A stretch of 63,976 bases of DNA, counting the filler, from Vicugna vicugna (lineage: Eukaryota): assembly GCA_013265495.1 (NCBI GenBank). It is 80 parts of 75 records of this genome, joined end to end, with 100 filler letters (N's around TTAATTAATTAA, not from the genome) between each part and the next. Parts side by side here need not be neighbours in the genome. Positions count along the whole stretch, not along the records: positions 11,544 to 12,503 come from MU060691.1; positions 12,604 to 13,663 come from MU060692.1; positions 13,764 to 15,235 come from MU060693.1; positions 15,336 to 16,103 come from MU060694.1; positions 16,204 to 16,965 come from PNXW01015546.1; positions 17,066 to 18,223 come from MU060697.1; positions 18,324 to 18,863 come from MU060699.1; positions 18,964 to 19,407 come from PNXW01015553.1; 72 more parts are not named here. One strand, 5' to 3'. Positions within the stretch are counted from its first letter, which is position 1, and each line of letters opens with the position of its first letter. Under the pieces are notes generated by a model. It was not told the origin of the DNA. It saw nothing but the letters and a program-made list of their open reading frames with translations, and did not search any database. Positions 11,590 to 23,462 of this stretch are shown here, piece by piece. Made by a program: the position numbers and the translations under genes.

Positions 11590-11790
11590 TCAACTTCATG
11601 TTTTAAGATTCATCAAAATGCTTTGAGGGCCTCTAGTTTATACATATCTGTTTTGCTACCTATTATGGCATCGTATGTATTACACATATCCTACATTTGC
11701 ATTGTTATTTTTAGTAATCACTAACAAGGATGGTTCCAATTATTTGCTTCCACATAGAATGCTGTAATAAATATCTTGAAAATATACACT
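11590..11790 (-). mobile_element. Old L1 3' end fragment
   Basis: TTTTAAGATTCATC...GGTTCCAATTATTTGCT...AATGCTGTAATAAATATCTTG resembles an antisense old L1M 3' end. Confidence 0.55.
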
Positions 11791-12603
11791 AAAGGACATA
11801 TCATGTACAGAATATGTACAGAGGTCTCTCTTTGCTTTGCTTATTAGTGAGATTTGTTCTCTTTGCATTTGGTCTCTATTGTTTTTTNNNNNNNNNNNNN
11901 NNNNNNNNNNNNNNNNNNNNNNNNNNNNNNNNNNNNNNNNNNNNNNNNNNNNNNNNNNNNNNNNNNNNNNNNNNNNNNNNNNNNNNNNNNNNNNNNNNNN
12001 NNNNNNNNNNNNNNNNNNNNNNNNNNNNNNNNNNNNNNNNNNNNNNNNNNNNNNNNNNNNNNNNNNNNNNNNNNNNNNNNNNNNNNNNNNNNNNNNNNNN
12101 NNNNNNNNNNNNNNNNNNNNNNNNNNNNNNNNNNNNNNNNNNNNNNNNNNNNNNNNNNNNNNNNNNNNNNNNNNNNNNNNNNNNNNNNNNNNNNNNNNNN
12201 NNNNNNNNNNNNNNNNNNNNNNNNNNNNNNNNNNNNNNNNNNNNNNNNNNNNNNNNNNNNNNNNNNNNNNNNNNNNNNNNNNNNNNNNNNNNNNNNNNNN
12301 NNNNNNNNNNNNNNNNNNNNNNNNNNNNNNNNNNNNNNNNNNNNNNNNNNNNNNNNNNNNNNNNNNNNNNNNNNNNNNNNNNNNNNNNNNNNNNNNNNTT
12401 TCTTTAAAACATATTCTCAGGTAGGAAAAGCCTTCCAGGTTCTTTTTTTTAAAATGACTGAACTATTATTAAATAGATGCCCTTGTGTATGTATGTTGAG
12501 TATNNNNNNNNNNNNNNNNNNNNNNNNNNNNNNNNNNNNNNNNNNNNTTAATTAATTAANNNNNNNNNNNNNNNNNNNNNNNNNNNNNNNNNNNNNNNNN
12601 NNN

Positions 12604-13663
12604 GGGGTTGGGATTGGAGGCCAAGTAGCATTGAGTGCCTCCAATGGATTGAGGAAATATTTTTAGGAATTCTCCCTAACGTGGAACACCTGTGCCCCCA
12701 TTCTTCTGCGTGGGGTGGGTCTCCACACATCCCCCACACTAAAGGCTGGATTCCGGATCCTGAGTGTGGGGAAGATTCTCCAACTGACAACAGNNNNNNN
12801 NNNNNNNNNNNNNNNNNNNNNNNNNNNNNNNNNNNNNNNNNNNNNNNNNNNNNNNNNNNNNNNNNNNNNNNNNNNNNNNNNNNNNNNNNNNNNNNNNNNN
12901 NNNNNNNNNNNNNNNNNNNNNNNNNNNNNNNNNNNNNNNNNNNNNNNNNNNNNNNNNNNNNNNNNNNNNNNNNNNNNNNNNNNNNNNNNNNNNNNNNNNN
13001 NNNNNNNNNNNNNNNNNNNNNNNNNNNNNNNNNNNNNNNNNNNNNNNNNNNNNNNNNNNNNNNNNNNNNNNNNNNNNNNNNNNNNNNNNNNNNNNNNNNN
13101 NNNNNNNNNNNNNNNNNNNNNNNNNNNNNNNNNNNNNNNNNNNNNNNNNNNNNNNNNNNNNNNNNNNNNNNNNNNNNNNNNNNNNNNNNNNNNNNNNNNN
13201 NNNNNNNNNNNNNNNNNNNNNNNNNNNNNNNNNNNNNNNNNNNNNNTGTTTCCCCACCTCCAGGACACACATAAAAAACTTTTCTGGTCTCCTGAGTGTG
13301 GGGAGGCTTCTCCAACTGACAGCAGCACCTGGGATCTAATAGAATCACTTGGCTTGAAATCCCTGAGTGTTTCCATAGGCCGGGCTGTGAGCGAAGGTGT
13401 GGTTGGACACTAAACCAAATTAATAGCGAGTGCCTGTCTATGAGCAGTGGAAGTGTTTACCTACATCCTCTACCTGGGAACACCTGTGCCCCCAGAAAGA
13501 TGCGTGGACTCTGTTTCCCTCCTCCAGGACACACACGGCATTGGGTTCAGATGTCTTGAGTGTGGGGAGGTTCTTCCCAATAACATCAGCGCCTGGGTTC
13601 TAATACAATACCTTAACATGTTTCCATGATGGATTGAAAAGTCCGGTGTGCGGGGGAAAGTTG
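12604..13663 (-). repeat. Satellite D
   Basis: CTGAGTGTGGGGAGG and CCTGGG(T/A)TCTAATA recur; several monomer types. Confidence 0.92.
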
Positions 13664-13763
13664 NNNNNNNNNNNNNNNNNNNNNNNNNNNNNNNNNNNNN
13701 NNNNNNNTTAATTAATTAANNNNNNNNNNNNNNNNNNNNNNNNNNNNNNNNNNNNNNNNNNNN

Positions 13764-14520
13764 GACAGTATAGAGTTTCCATAAAAAACTGAAAATAGAC
13801 TTCCGTGTAATCCAGCAATCCCATCCATGTGTATATTTCTGGAGAAAAATATAATTCAAAAAGACACATGCACCCCAATGTTCACAGCAGCACTATTTAC
13901 AATAGCCAAAACACTGAAACAACCCAAGTGTTCACTGACAGATGACTGGATAAAGAAGTTGTGGTATATTATNNNNNNNNNNNNNNNNNNNNNNNNNNNN
14001 NNNNNNNNNNNNNNNNNNNNNNNNNNNNNNNNNNNNNNNNNNNNNNNNNNNNNNNNNNNNNNNNNNNNNNNNNNNNNNNNNNNNNNNNNNNNNNNNNNNN
14101 NNNNNNNNNNNNNNNNNNNNNNNNNNNNNNNNNNNNNNNNNNNNNNNNNNNNNNNNNNNNNNNNNNNNNNNNNNNNNNNNNNNNNNNNNNNNNNNNNNNN
14201 NNNNNNNNNNNNNNNNNNNNNNNNNNNNNNNNNNNNNNNNNNNNNNNNNNNNNNNNNNNNNNNNNNNNNNNNNNNNNNNNNNNNNNNNNNNNNNNNNNNN
14301 NNNNNNNNNNNNNNNNNNNNNNNNNNNNNNNNNNNNNNNNNNNNNNNNNNNNNNNNNNNNNNNAATTGGATAGCTTACAGGGCTGTATCATACAGCACAG
14401 GGAAATATAGCCATTATTTTATGGTGACTTTAAATGGAATATAATCTATAAAAATGTTGAGCCTCTGTGTTGCACACCTGAAAATATTATGATGTCAATC
14501 AACTATTCAATTACAAAATT
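13764..14520 (+). mobile_element. L1 ORF2 C-terminus plus 3' UTR
   Basis: Translation [34 protein letters not shown] is the conserved L1 ORF2p C-terminus. After the gap, TACAGCACAGGGAAATATAGCCA...CACACCTGAAA resembles a laurasiatherian L1 3' UTR. Confidence 0.92.
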
Positions 14521-15335
14521 TTTCTTCAAAGTTTTCTTTTCATATTATTTGCAATAAGTTAGAAGCCAGAATTGTCAATAGAAACATAGTGTAAGTCACA
14601 ATTTTCCAGTAATACCATTTAGAAAATAAAAAGGAACAAGTGAAATTAATTNNNNNNNNNNNNNNNNNNNNNNNNNNNNNNNNNNNNNNNNNNNNNNNNN
14701 NNNNNNNNNNNNNNNNNNNNNNNNNNNNNNNNNNNNNNNNNNNNNNNNNNNNNNNNNNNNNNNNNNNNNNNNNNNNNNNNNNNNNNNNNNNNNNNNNNNN
14801 NNNNNNNNNNNNNNNNNNNNNNNNNNNNNNNNNNNNNNNNNNNNNNNNNNNNNNNNNNNNNNNNNNNNNNNNNNNNNNNNNNNNNNNNNNNNNNNNNNNN
14901 NNNNNNNNNNNNNNNNNNNNNNNNNNNNNNNNNNNNNNNNNNNNNNNNNNNNNNNNNNNNNNNNNNNNNNNNNNNNNNNNNNNNNNNNNNNNNNNNNNNN
15001 NNNNNNNNNNNNNNNNNNNNNNNNNNNNNNNNNNNNNTCTTAATTCATTCAGGACTTTACAATCTTTCTTCATATGCCAAGGATTCACTGTCACTGTACA
15101 ATATTTTTCACTGTTATTATCTTTGGAATTGAGAGGCTTCTGAGGAACCTGCTTTGTGCATCTGTACATAAAAGAAAACAACAAATCATTTACAAGAGCT
15201 ACAGTGAATGCCCCCCCATTAATTTAGAAGAAGTCNNNNNNNNNNNNNNNNNNNNNNNNNNNNNNNNNNNNNNNNNNNNTTAATTAATTAANNNNNNNNN
15301 NNNNNNNNNNNNNNNNNNNNNNNNNNNNNNNNNNN

Positions 15336-16103
15336 TCCGTTAGAACCCACGCGTTGCCAACCGCTGGTGGAACCTCCCCATGCTCAGGATTCCGGTAATA
15401 TTGTCAGTCCGTGGGGGAGCTCGTGAGACAACTCCACAGAGCTCTCTTCAGTCACAGGTGTTCCCTGTTCGGGGAAGTCCGAGAAATGCCTTCCCTGACC
15501 TTGGGGAGGCAGCATGTGACACTGGGATATCCTGCAATCACCCCTAGCATTCCCTGGCACANNNNNNNNNNNNNNNNNNNNNNNNNNNNNNNNNNNNNNN
15601 NNNNNNNNNNNNNNNNNNNNNNNNNNNNNNNNNNNNNNNNNNNNNNNNNNNNNNNNNNNNNNNNNNNNNNNNNNNNNNCTCGAGAGACAACTCCACGAAG
15701 CTCTCTTCAGTCACAGGTGTTCCCTGTTCGGGGAAGTCCGAGAAATAACTTCCCTGACCTTGGGTAGGCACCATCTGAATCTGGGATATCCTGCAATCAC
15801 CCCTAGAATTCCCTGGAACACAGACATTAGGAAAACCCTCAGGGGAGACGAGCTTAGGCATTCCGTTAGAACCCACGCGCTGCCGACAGTTGGTGGAACC
15901 TCCCCACGCTCAGGATTCCGGAAATATTGTCAGTGCGTGGGGGAGCTCGAGAGACAATTCCACGCAGCTCTCTTCAGTCACAGGTGTCCATGTTACGGGA
16001 AGTCCGAGAAAAACCTTCCCTGAAGTTGGGGAGGGAGCATCTGACACTGGAATATACAGCAATCACCCCTAGCATTCTCTGGCACAGAGACGTTAGGAAA
16101 AGC
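15336..16103 (+). repeat. Satellite A
   Basis: Tandem units with TTAGAACCCACGCG and CACAGGTGTTCCCTGTTCGGGGAAGTCCGAG. Confidence 0.95.
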
Positions 16104-16729
16104 NNNNNNNNNNNNNNNNNNNNNNNNNNNNNNNNNNNNNNNNNNNNTTAATTAATTAANNNNNNNNNNNNNNNNNNNNNNNNNNNNNNNNNNNNNNNNN
16201 NNNTGAATTCAAACTCAGATCTGAATGCAGAGTCTAATCTTCCCACTCTCAGGACTGGAAAATCCTTAACAAACAGGCTCCCCAACTTCCCTGCAGTATT
16301 CCTGGCACCAAGCATTTCCCATGGCAATGGTCACAATTTCTCACAGACACAGTGCTCTGTGCAGCCAATGACCTTGATCAGACCTTGATCATCTACCTGC
16401 CACGCCCACCAGGCTTCTCCATACAGGCAGGAAAGCTGGCTTTCAAGTGCATACAAAGCCATCCCTGGTCTAACCTGAGCTCTTCTGTGGCTTCTAAAAG
16501 GCAGCCATGAAACTGCTCACAGTTTGTATATGAGCCACACTACCTCTCTCTAATTGTCTCCCCACCTATACTACTTAGCTATGACTGTTTTGAGAATCTT
16601 GGACACAAATTTTTAAAAACAAAAAAGAATGGATTCTATAACAAGTACTTAATTCTTACAAGTTTAAATGACAAGTTACAAAGTGAGTATTTACAAACCG
16701 ATTCTTCCTTTCTAAAAGTAAGTTTTAAG

Positions 16730-16965
16730 CATTTACAAATATAATAGCAAAAAATTCTCACTTACAAAATTGACAAAAAAATAAATAATCTGGAATAAAT
16801 TCAAAAATAATGCCCATGTTCTAAATGGAGAAACTTCAGGACTGTACTGAGGGGTAAAGTAAGAGGTGTGAATGTAGAGACATCAACAAATTGCATGGAG
16901 GAAAGCAGTTTTTTAAGATATAAGTTCTCATTAGAATAATTCAAAACTTACTAAAAATTCCCATG
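16730..16965 (+). mobile_element. Old L1 ORF2 fragment
   Basis: A-rich; AATCTGGAATAAATTCAAAA...GGAGAAACTT...CATGGAGGAAAG resembles decayed L1 ORF2. Confidence 0.5.
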
Positions 16966-17065
16966 NNNNNNNNNNNNNNNNNNNNNNNNNNNNNNNNNNN
17001 NNNNNNNNNTTAATTAATTAANNNNNNNNNNNNNNNNNNNNNNNNNNNNNNNNNNNNNNNNNNNN

Positions 17066-18223
17066 GTGTGAAAGCCGTCCTTCATCTAGGTTGAAGGGAA
17101 CACAAAGTTTTTTTTCACATGCAAACCATCTCCATACATATAAGTGGGGAGCTACAAGCTCCAACTCGGTTTTACACTGAAAACGGCAGGCACTTCAAAC
17201 CGGCACTAGGAAACAGACTGAGAACACAGAGGAAGTGTTTCTCCTGCAACCCGTTCCCTTTGTGCTGGATGAATGANNNNNNNNNNNNNNNNNNNNNNNN
17301 NNNNNNNNNNNNNNNNNNNNNNNNNNNNNNNNNNNNNNNNNNNNNNNNNNNNNNNNNNNNNNNNNNNNNNNNNNNNNNNNNNNNNNNNNNNNNNNNNNNN
17401 NNNNNNNNNNNNNNNNNNNNNNNNNNNNNNNNNNNNNNNNNNNNNNNNNNNNNNNNNNNNNNNNNNNNNNNNNNNNNNNNNNNNNNNNNNNNNNNNNNNN
17501 NNNNNNNNNNNNNNNNNNNNNNNNNNNNNNNNNNNNNNNNNNNNNNNNNNNNNNNNNNNNNNNNNNNNNNNNNNNNNNNNNNNNNNNNNNNNNNNNNNNN
17601 NNNNNNNNNNNNNNNNNNNNNNNNNNNNNNNNNNNNNNNNNNNNNNNNNNNNNNNNNNNNNNNNNNNNNNNNNNNNNNNNNNNNNNNNNNNNNNNNNNNN
17701 NNNNNNNNNNNNNNNNNNNNNNNNNNNNNNNNNNNNNNNNNNNNNNNNNNNNNNNNNNNNNNNNNNNNNNNNNNNNNNNNNNNNNNNNNNNNNNNNNNNN
17801 NNNNNNNNNNNNNNNNNNNNGCTCCTAGCTGAAGGGAACACAAACTTTCTTTTCAGTTGCCAACTCCACACCATACAAATATATGGGGAGCTACAAGCTC
17901 CAACTCGCTTTTACAGTGAAAAAGACAGGCACATCAAACCGGCACTAGGAAACAGACTGAGAACACAGAGTAAGGGTTCCTCCTGCAACCCGTTCCCTTT
18001 GTGCTGGATGAACGAAAGTCTCTCCACATGCTCAGTTCTGAGAGTTAAGTGTGTGTGAAAGCCGTCCTTCACCTAGCTTGAAGGGAACACAAAGTTTCTT
18101 TTCAGTTGCAAACTCCAATCCATACATATATATGGGGAGATACAAGATCCAACTCGGTCGTACAGTGAAAACGGCAGGCACATCAAACCAGCATTAGGAA
18201 ACAGACTGAGAACACAGAGTAAG
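17066..18223 (+). repeat. Satellite B
   Basis: GAAGGGAACAC at 17831 and 18080 (249-bp period). Confidence 0.96.
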
Positions 18224-18323
18224 NNNNNNNNNNNNNNNNNNNNNNNNNNNNNNNNNNNNNNNNNNNNTTAATTAATTAANNNNNNNNNNNNNNNNNNNNN
18301 NNNNNNNNNNNNNNNNNNNNNNN

Positions 18324-18863
18324 AGGGAAGTCAAGCTAAGGGATTCTATTAGAACCCAGGTGCTGCGGGCAGTATGTGGAGCCTCCCTACTATCAGAATA
18401 CCGAAAAATTCTTCGTGTGTGAGCTGGATGTAGGGAAACAGAGTCAAAGCATCTTTCAGGGAGCACAGTTATTCCATGGTTGTGGGTTGTATGTTAAACA
18501 GCCACATCCCATCGATAGGCTCTCGCTAATACTTGGTTTAGAGCCCAACCCCCACATTCCGCCCCTCTCCAGCNNNNNNNNNNNNNNNNNNTTAAACCGC
18601 CACATCCCATCGATAGGCTCTAGCTAATACTTGGTTTAGAGCCCAACCCCCACATTCCACCCCTCTCCAGCCTAGGAATGCCATCAGGGAAGACAAGCTA
18701 AGGGATTCTATAAGAACCCAGGCGCTGCTGGCATTTGGAGGAGACTCCCCACAATCAGGATACCTGAGCACGTCTCAGTGTGTGTGCTGTTGGTGGGGAA
18801 ACAGAGTCCAGGCATCTATATGGGTGCACAGGTGTTCCAAGATTGGGGAAGTAGTTTCAAACC
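18324..18863 (+). repeat. Satellite D
   Basis: AGGGAAG(T/A)CAAGCTAAGGGATTCTAT(T/A)AGAACCCAGG occurs twice. Confidence 0.92.
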
Positions 18864-18963
18864 NNNNNNNNNNNNNNNNNNNNNNNNNNNNNNNNNNNNN
18901 NNNNNNNTTAATTAATTAANNNNNNNNNNNNNNNNNNNNNNNNNNNNNNNNNNNNNNNNNNNN

Positions 18964-19407
18964 TGCTGCAACATATAATGATTCTATTTCTAGTTTTCTG
19001 AGCACTGTGTACACTTTTATACTAGTGGACACATCAATTTATATTTCCACCAACAGTGTACCTGGTTTCCCTCTTATCAAATTCTTATTAATTTTTGTCA
19101 TTGGTAGACTATTTGTTAATAGACATTTTGGTTGCTGTGAGATTATATTTCATACTGGTTTTGATTTATGTTTTCCTGATGAATAGCAACGTTATGTATA
19201 ATTTTATGTGCATGAAAATCATCCACATGTCTATTTTTGAACATGAAGATTCTTCAACTGTTTTCAAGTTGGGGTCTTTGTTAAATAGTGAGACTAATAT
19301 GCTATACATATATTATGGATATTGACGTCTTGCCGTTCTCATTATCTGAAATTTTTCCTTCAATTCTGTCTTTTATCATATGTCTTGCTGAAAGTTTCCT
19401 TTGCACT
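18964..19407 (-). mobile_element. L1 ORF2 3' fragment
   Basis: TTCTATTTCTAGTTTTCTGAG...AATTTATATTTCCACCAACAGTGTA...GGTTTTGATTT is antisense L1 ORF2. Confidence 0.85.
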
Positions 19408-20229
19408 NNNNNNNNNNNNNNNNNNNNNNNNNNNNNNNNNNNNNNNNNNNNTTAATTAATTAANNNNNNNNNNNNNNNNNNNNNNNNNNNNNNNNNNNNN
19501 NNNNNNNTAGAGATTTCAAGAGCATCTGTATTTCTGATGTGTAGATTAAAATAAAAAAATCTAGAGGGATTACAGAAACACAAGGAAGACACCAAAAGTG
19601 TCTTTAAAGAGCTTTTCTAAGACTGGGCTTGTAAAAAGACTGTTAGTTGACAGAGACCCTCTTCTCACCCATTGTCCTTCTCCTTAGGTTGCAAAGGGCC
19701 AGCGTTTCCCCTGTGTGCAGTCCTGGTGCTTCAAGTGTGTTGTGGGGTANNNNNNNNNNNNNNNNNNNNNNNNNNNNNNNNNNNNNNNNNNNNNNNNNNA
19801 GTGTGTTGCAACCTCATAAACCAGCCGCCGTGCTCTCCGGGGTGTGTGCTCATCTCAGCTCATCCCGGCTCAGGTGATGGCAGAGCAGAGAGTGGTGGCA
19901 AGAGGTCAGCCATGAGTAGCAGGGAGCACCTGGAGTCAGCTGGGGCCCAAGTGGTTAGGAGTTCCAGGTGGAATTTCCAGGACTTCCCACAGCTCATTCA
20001 TTCAGCTAACACTTCTCCAGCNNNNNNNNNNNNNNNNNNNNNNNNNNNNNNNNNNNNNNNNNNNNTTAATTAATTAANNNNNNNNNNNNNNNNNNNNNNN
20101 NNNNNNNNNNNNNNNNNNNNNATTTTCCTCATATGTTTCCACCAGCCCCACTTTGGACATATCCTTAAGGTGGGTATTTCCTATTACCTTTCAACCATGC
20201 CCCACCTAATATGTCTCCACTGGGTGGGT

Positions 20230-20627
20230 AATTCACCTCAGTTTCTTTCAACTGGAGGGCCACGTACCTGGATACACCGCCAGATAAAACTTAGGATCAT
20301 CAACCAATATGTGAGATCCGAGAACCAGGAGAGACTCACCCAAATTCATCTGGACTCCGCGAGGAGGCAGATGGGCACAAAGGGCCACTGCTGGTACCAA
20401 GGCTCCGGTTACTCGGAGAGTTCAGGTGGAGAGAAATCTGCTGTGGTGCTTCATGGTGTCCAAAACTGTTGACTGAAATACATGTGCAGTCTAAAAGTTA
20501 AGAGTTATGTTTTAAGGAGGACTCGAGCTGAGAGGACAGACACACAGAACTCTATGAGGGACTGCTCCCAAGAGATTGAAGAAGAGCTAGTATATATAGG
20601 AGCTTTACAACAAAGACCAGGTTGTTG
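20230..20627 (-). mobile_element. ERV1-like LTR 3' end plus PBS/leader
   Basis: Minus strand reads ...TTTCAGTCAACA|GTTTTGGACACCATGAAG... (LTR-end CA at 20467, then a TGG PBS-like tract), with a downstream GGGTGAGT splice donor. Confidence 0.6.
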
Positions 20628-20734
20628 NNNNNNNNNNNNNNNNNNNNNNNNNNNNNNNNNNNNNNNNNNNNTTAATTAATTAANNNNNNNNNNNNNNNNN
20701 NNNNNNNNNNNNNNNNNNNNNNNNNNNTGATAAC

Positions 20735-20975
20735 AGCACGTTAAGTGAAAGGAACCAGACACCAACGGCCACGCATTGTTGACTTCAGTGATCAGAAATT
20801 CCCAGAAAAGGCACATGCAGAGGCAGAGAGCAGGTGATGGTTGCAAGGGGCTGGATGGAGGGGGGTTGGGGAGTGACTGCTAGTGACAGGGGTGTTCTTT
20901 TCGGACGATGAAGTGTTCTGGATATAGATGGTGTTAAGGGCTGCACAACCGTGAGTGTGCAGAAGACTGCTGATG
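20735..20975 (+). mobile_element. Old L1 (L1MB/ME-like) 3' end
   Basis: AAGTGAAAGGAACCAGACAC...TGGTTGCAAGGGGCTGG...GGGGAGTGACTGCTA...GATGAAGTGTTCTGGA...TGCACAAC. Confidence 0.85.
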
Positions 20976-21524
20976 CTGTCTCTGGGAGTGCCTGTTGTTG
21001 GGGCGGCTTTATTTTGTTCTCACCCTGCAATGTGAATAGTCATCTTGTGCTGAGGCCATTCTACTCCTGTGAGAGTAGAGGCTCAGAGACTTCGTAGAGT
21101 CATGTTTCTTTTTTTCCCCTTGCTGAGTGTAGGCAAAAAAGGTTTAAGCCTGAGAAAGTGCTCCATCTGCAGAAATGTCTTTCAGATTTGCATGGTGTAA
21201 AATTCTTGAGAGCTTTTTAATCGTTGAGGACACTCTGTTGGGGGAAACAGCCCGTGAAGCCTGGGTGAGACCCGGAAGAGCCGCGCTTCCCTCCCAGACA
21301 TGGGTGGGGATTTGACCCCAGTTCAGGCACTGAAGGGCCCAGACCCATGAGTGGAGTTGACAGTCATGAATATTTACGAGTATCCGCTGCTTCATCTTGG
21401 ATTTTAATTTCTAGCTGAGTCATTNNNNNNNNNNNNNNNNNNNNNNNNNNNNNNNNNNNNNNNNNNNNTTAATTAATTAANNNNNNNNNNNNNNNNNNNN
21501 NNNNNNNNNNNNNNNNNNNNNNNN

Positions 21525-21726
21525 CCGGTTTGAAGTGCCTGCCGTTTTCACTGTAAAAACGAGTTGGGGTTTGTACCTCCCCATACATATGTATGGATTA
21601 GTGTTTGCAACTGAAAAGAAACTTTGTGTTCCCTTCAAGCTAGGTGAAGGACGGCTTTCACACACACTTATCTCTCAGAACTGAGCATGTGGAGAGACGT
21701 TCCTTCATCCAGCACAAAGGAACGGG
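21525..21726 (-). repeat. Satellite B
   Basis: Partial monomer, near-consensus. Confidence 0.93.
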
Positions 21727-21826
21727 NNNNNNNNNNNNNNNNNNNNNNNNNNNNNNNNNNNNNNNNNNNNTTAATTAATTAANNNNNNNNNNNNNNNNNN
21801 NNNNNNNNNNNNNNNNNNNNNNNNNN

Positions 21827-21902
21827 TATCTCTCACAACTGAGAATGTGGAGAGACTTTCCTTCATCCAGCAGAAAGGGAACTGGTTGCAGGAAAAACCC
21901 TT
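21827..21902 (-). repeat. Satellite B fragment
   Basis: 76-bp match to B (ACTGAG.ATGTGGAGAGAC...TTGCAGGA). Confidence 0.88.
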
Positions 21903-22002
21903 NNNNNNNNNNNNNNNNNNNNNNNNNNNNNNNNNNNNNNNNNNNNTTAATTAATTAANNNNNNNNNNNNNNNNNNNNNNNNNNNNNNNNNNNNNNNNNN
22001 NN

Positions 22003-22539
22003 GGGAGGTTCCACCAACGGTCGGCAGGGCGTGTGTTGTAACGGAATGCCTAATCTCGTCTCCCCTGACTGTTTTCCTAATGTCTCTGTGCCAAGGAATG
22101 CTAGGGGTGATTGTAGGATATCCCAGTGTCAGAGGCTGCCTCCCCAAGTTCAGGGAAGGTATTTCTCGGGCTTCCCCGAATAGGGAACACCTGTGACTGA
22201 AGAGNNNNNNNNNNNNNNNNNNNNNNNNNNNNNNNNNNNNNNNNNNNNNNNNNNNNNNNNNNNNNNNNNNNNNNNNNNNNNNNNNNNNNNNNNNNNNNNN
22301 NNNNNNNNNNNNNNNNNNNNNNNNNNNNNNNNNNNNNNNNNNNNNNNNNNNNNNNNNNNNNNNNNNNNNNNNNNNNNNNNNNNNNNNNNNNNNNNNNNNN
22401 NNNNNNNTTCAGTGAATGTATTTCCCGGACTTCCCCGAACAGGGAACACCTCTGACTGAAGAGAGCTGCTTGGAGTTGTCTCTCGAAATCCCAAACGGAC
22501 TGACAATGTTTCCGGAATCCTGAGCGTGTGGAGGTTCCA
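22003..22539 (-). repeat. Satellite A
   Basis: Reverse complement of the A monomer. Confidence 0.94.
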
Positions 22540-22639
22540 NNNNNNNNNNNNNNNNNNNNNNNNNNNNNNNNNNNNNNNNNNNNTTAATTAATTAANNNNN
22601 NNNNNNNNNNNNNNNNNNNNNNNNNNNNNNNNNNNNNNN

Positions 22640-23462
22640 ATTCGACAAACATGCATTCCTGAGTTGAGGGCATCTGGATTAATACTCTTTCATACTATAT
22701 AAAAGCAATATTTTCATCTAGACACGTGTACACATTTTAACAAACTTTCCCTAACACCACGTTCGAATTCATGCATTTTTCATAGAAAAATTGTTCTGGA
22801 GCGATTCCCACGTAATAGGTATGTAATTTACATGAATTCCATCAACATGGCNNNNNNNNNNNNNNNNNNNNNNNNNNNNNNNNNNNNNNNNNNNNNNNNN
22901 NNNNNNNNNNNNNNNNNNNNNNNNNNNNNNNNNNNNNNNNNNNNNNNNNNNNNNNNNNNNNNNNNNNNNNNNNNNNNNNNNNNNNNNNNNNNNNNNNNNN
23001 NNNNNNNNNNNNNNNNNNNNNNNNNNNNNNNNNNNNNNNNNNNNNNNNNNNNNNNNNNNNNNNNNNNNNNNNNNNNNNNNNNNNNNNNNNNNNNNNNNNN
23101 NNNNNNNNNNNNNNNNNNNNNNNNNNNNNNNNNNNNNNNNNNNNNNNNNNNNNNNNNNNNNNNNNNNNNNNNNNNNNNNNNNNNNNNNNNNNNNNNNNNN
23201 NNNNNNNNNGTTACCTACGCACTTTGATATATTTATTTTGACTTCGTAGTTTCTGCCTATCACCAGTTTCAAGAATCACACTTTGATCCCAAAAAAACCC
23301 TCTTGGAGCGAATTCTACCCTAGAGATATGTAATTTGAATATTTTCCATCTACATGATATTCAGTGTTCCTTATATGCTACATACATGACGGATTTGATA
23401 AACATGCATTTTGAGTAGAGAGCATGTGGATTACTATCTTTCGTCCTCTAGAAAAGGAATAT
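22640..23462 (-). repeat. Satellite C
   Basis: C subunit motifs (TTCATCTAGACACGTGTACAC; CACCAGTTTCAAGAATCACAC). Confidence 0.92.

Noticed and set aside
17821..18223. Common origin of B/C with A/D (shared TCCTGCAA, ACCTCCCCA, TGTTCCCT)
   Set aside because: The shared words fall on inconsistent strands and spacings, and I see no colinear alignment.
18493..18671. About 80-bp direct repeat flanking a short N gap (TTAAAC.GCCACATCCCATCGATAGGCTC)
   Set aside because: This is the typical unmerged overlap of contig ends across a gap.
19969..19990. NF-kB-like words TGGAATTTCC and GGACTTCCC
   Set aside because: Short motifs with no gene or conservation context.
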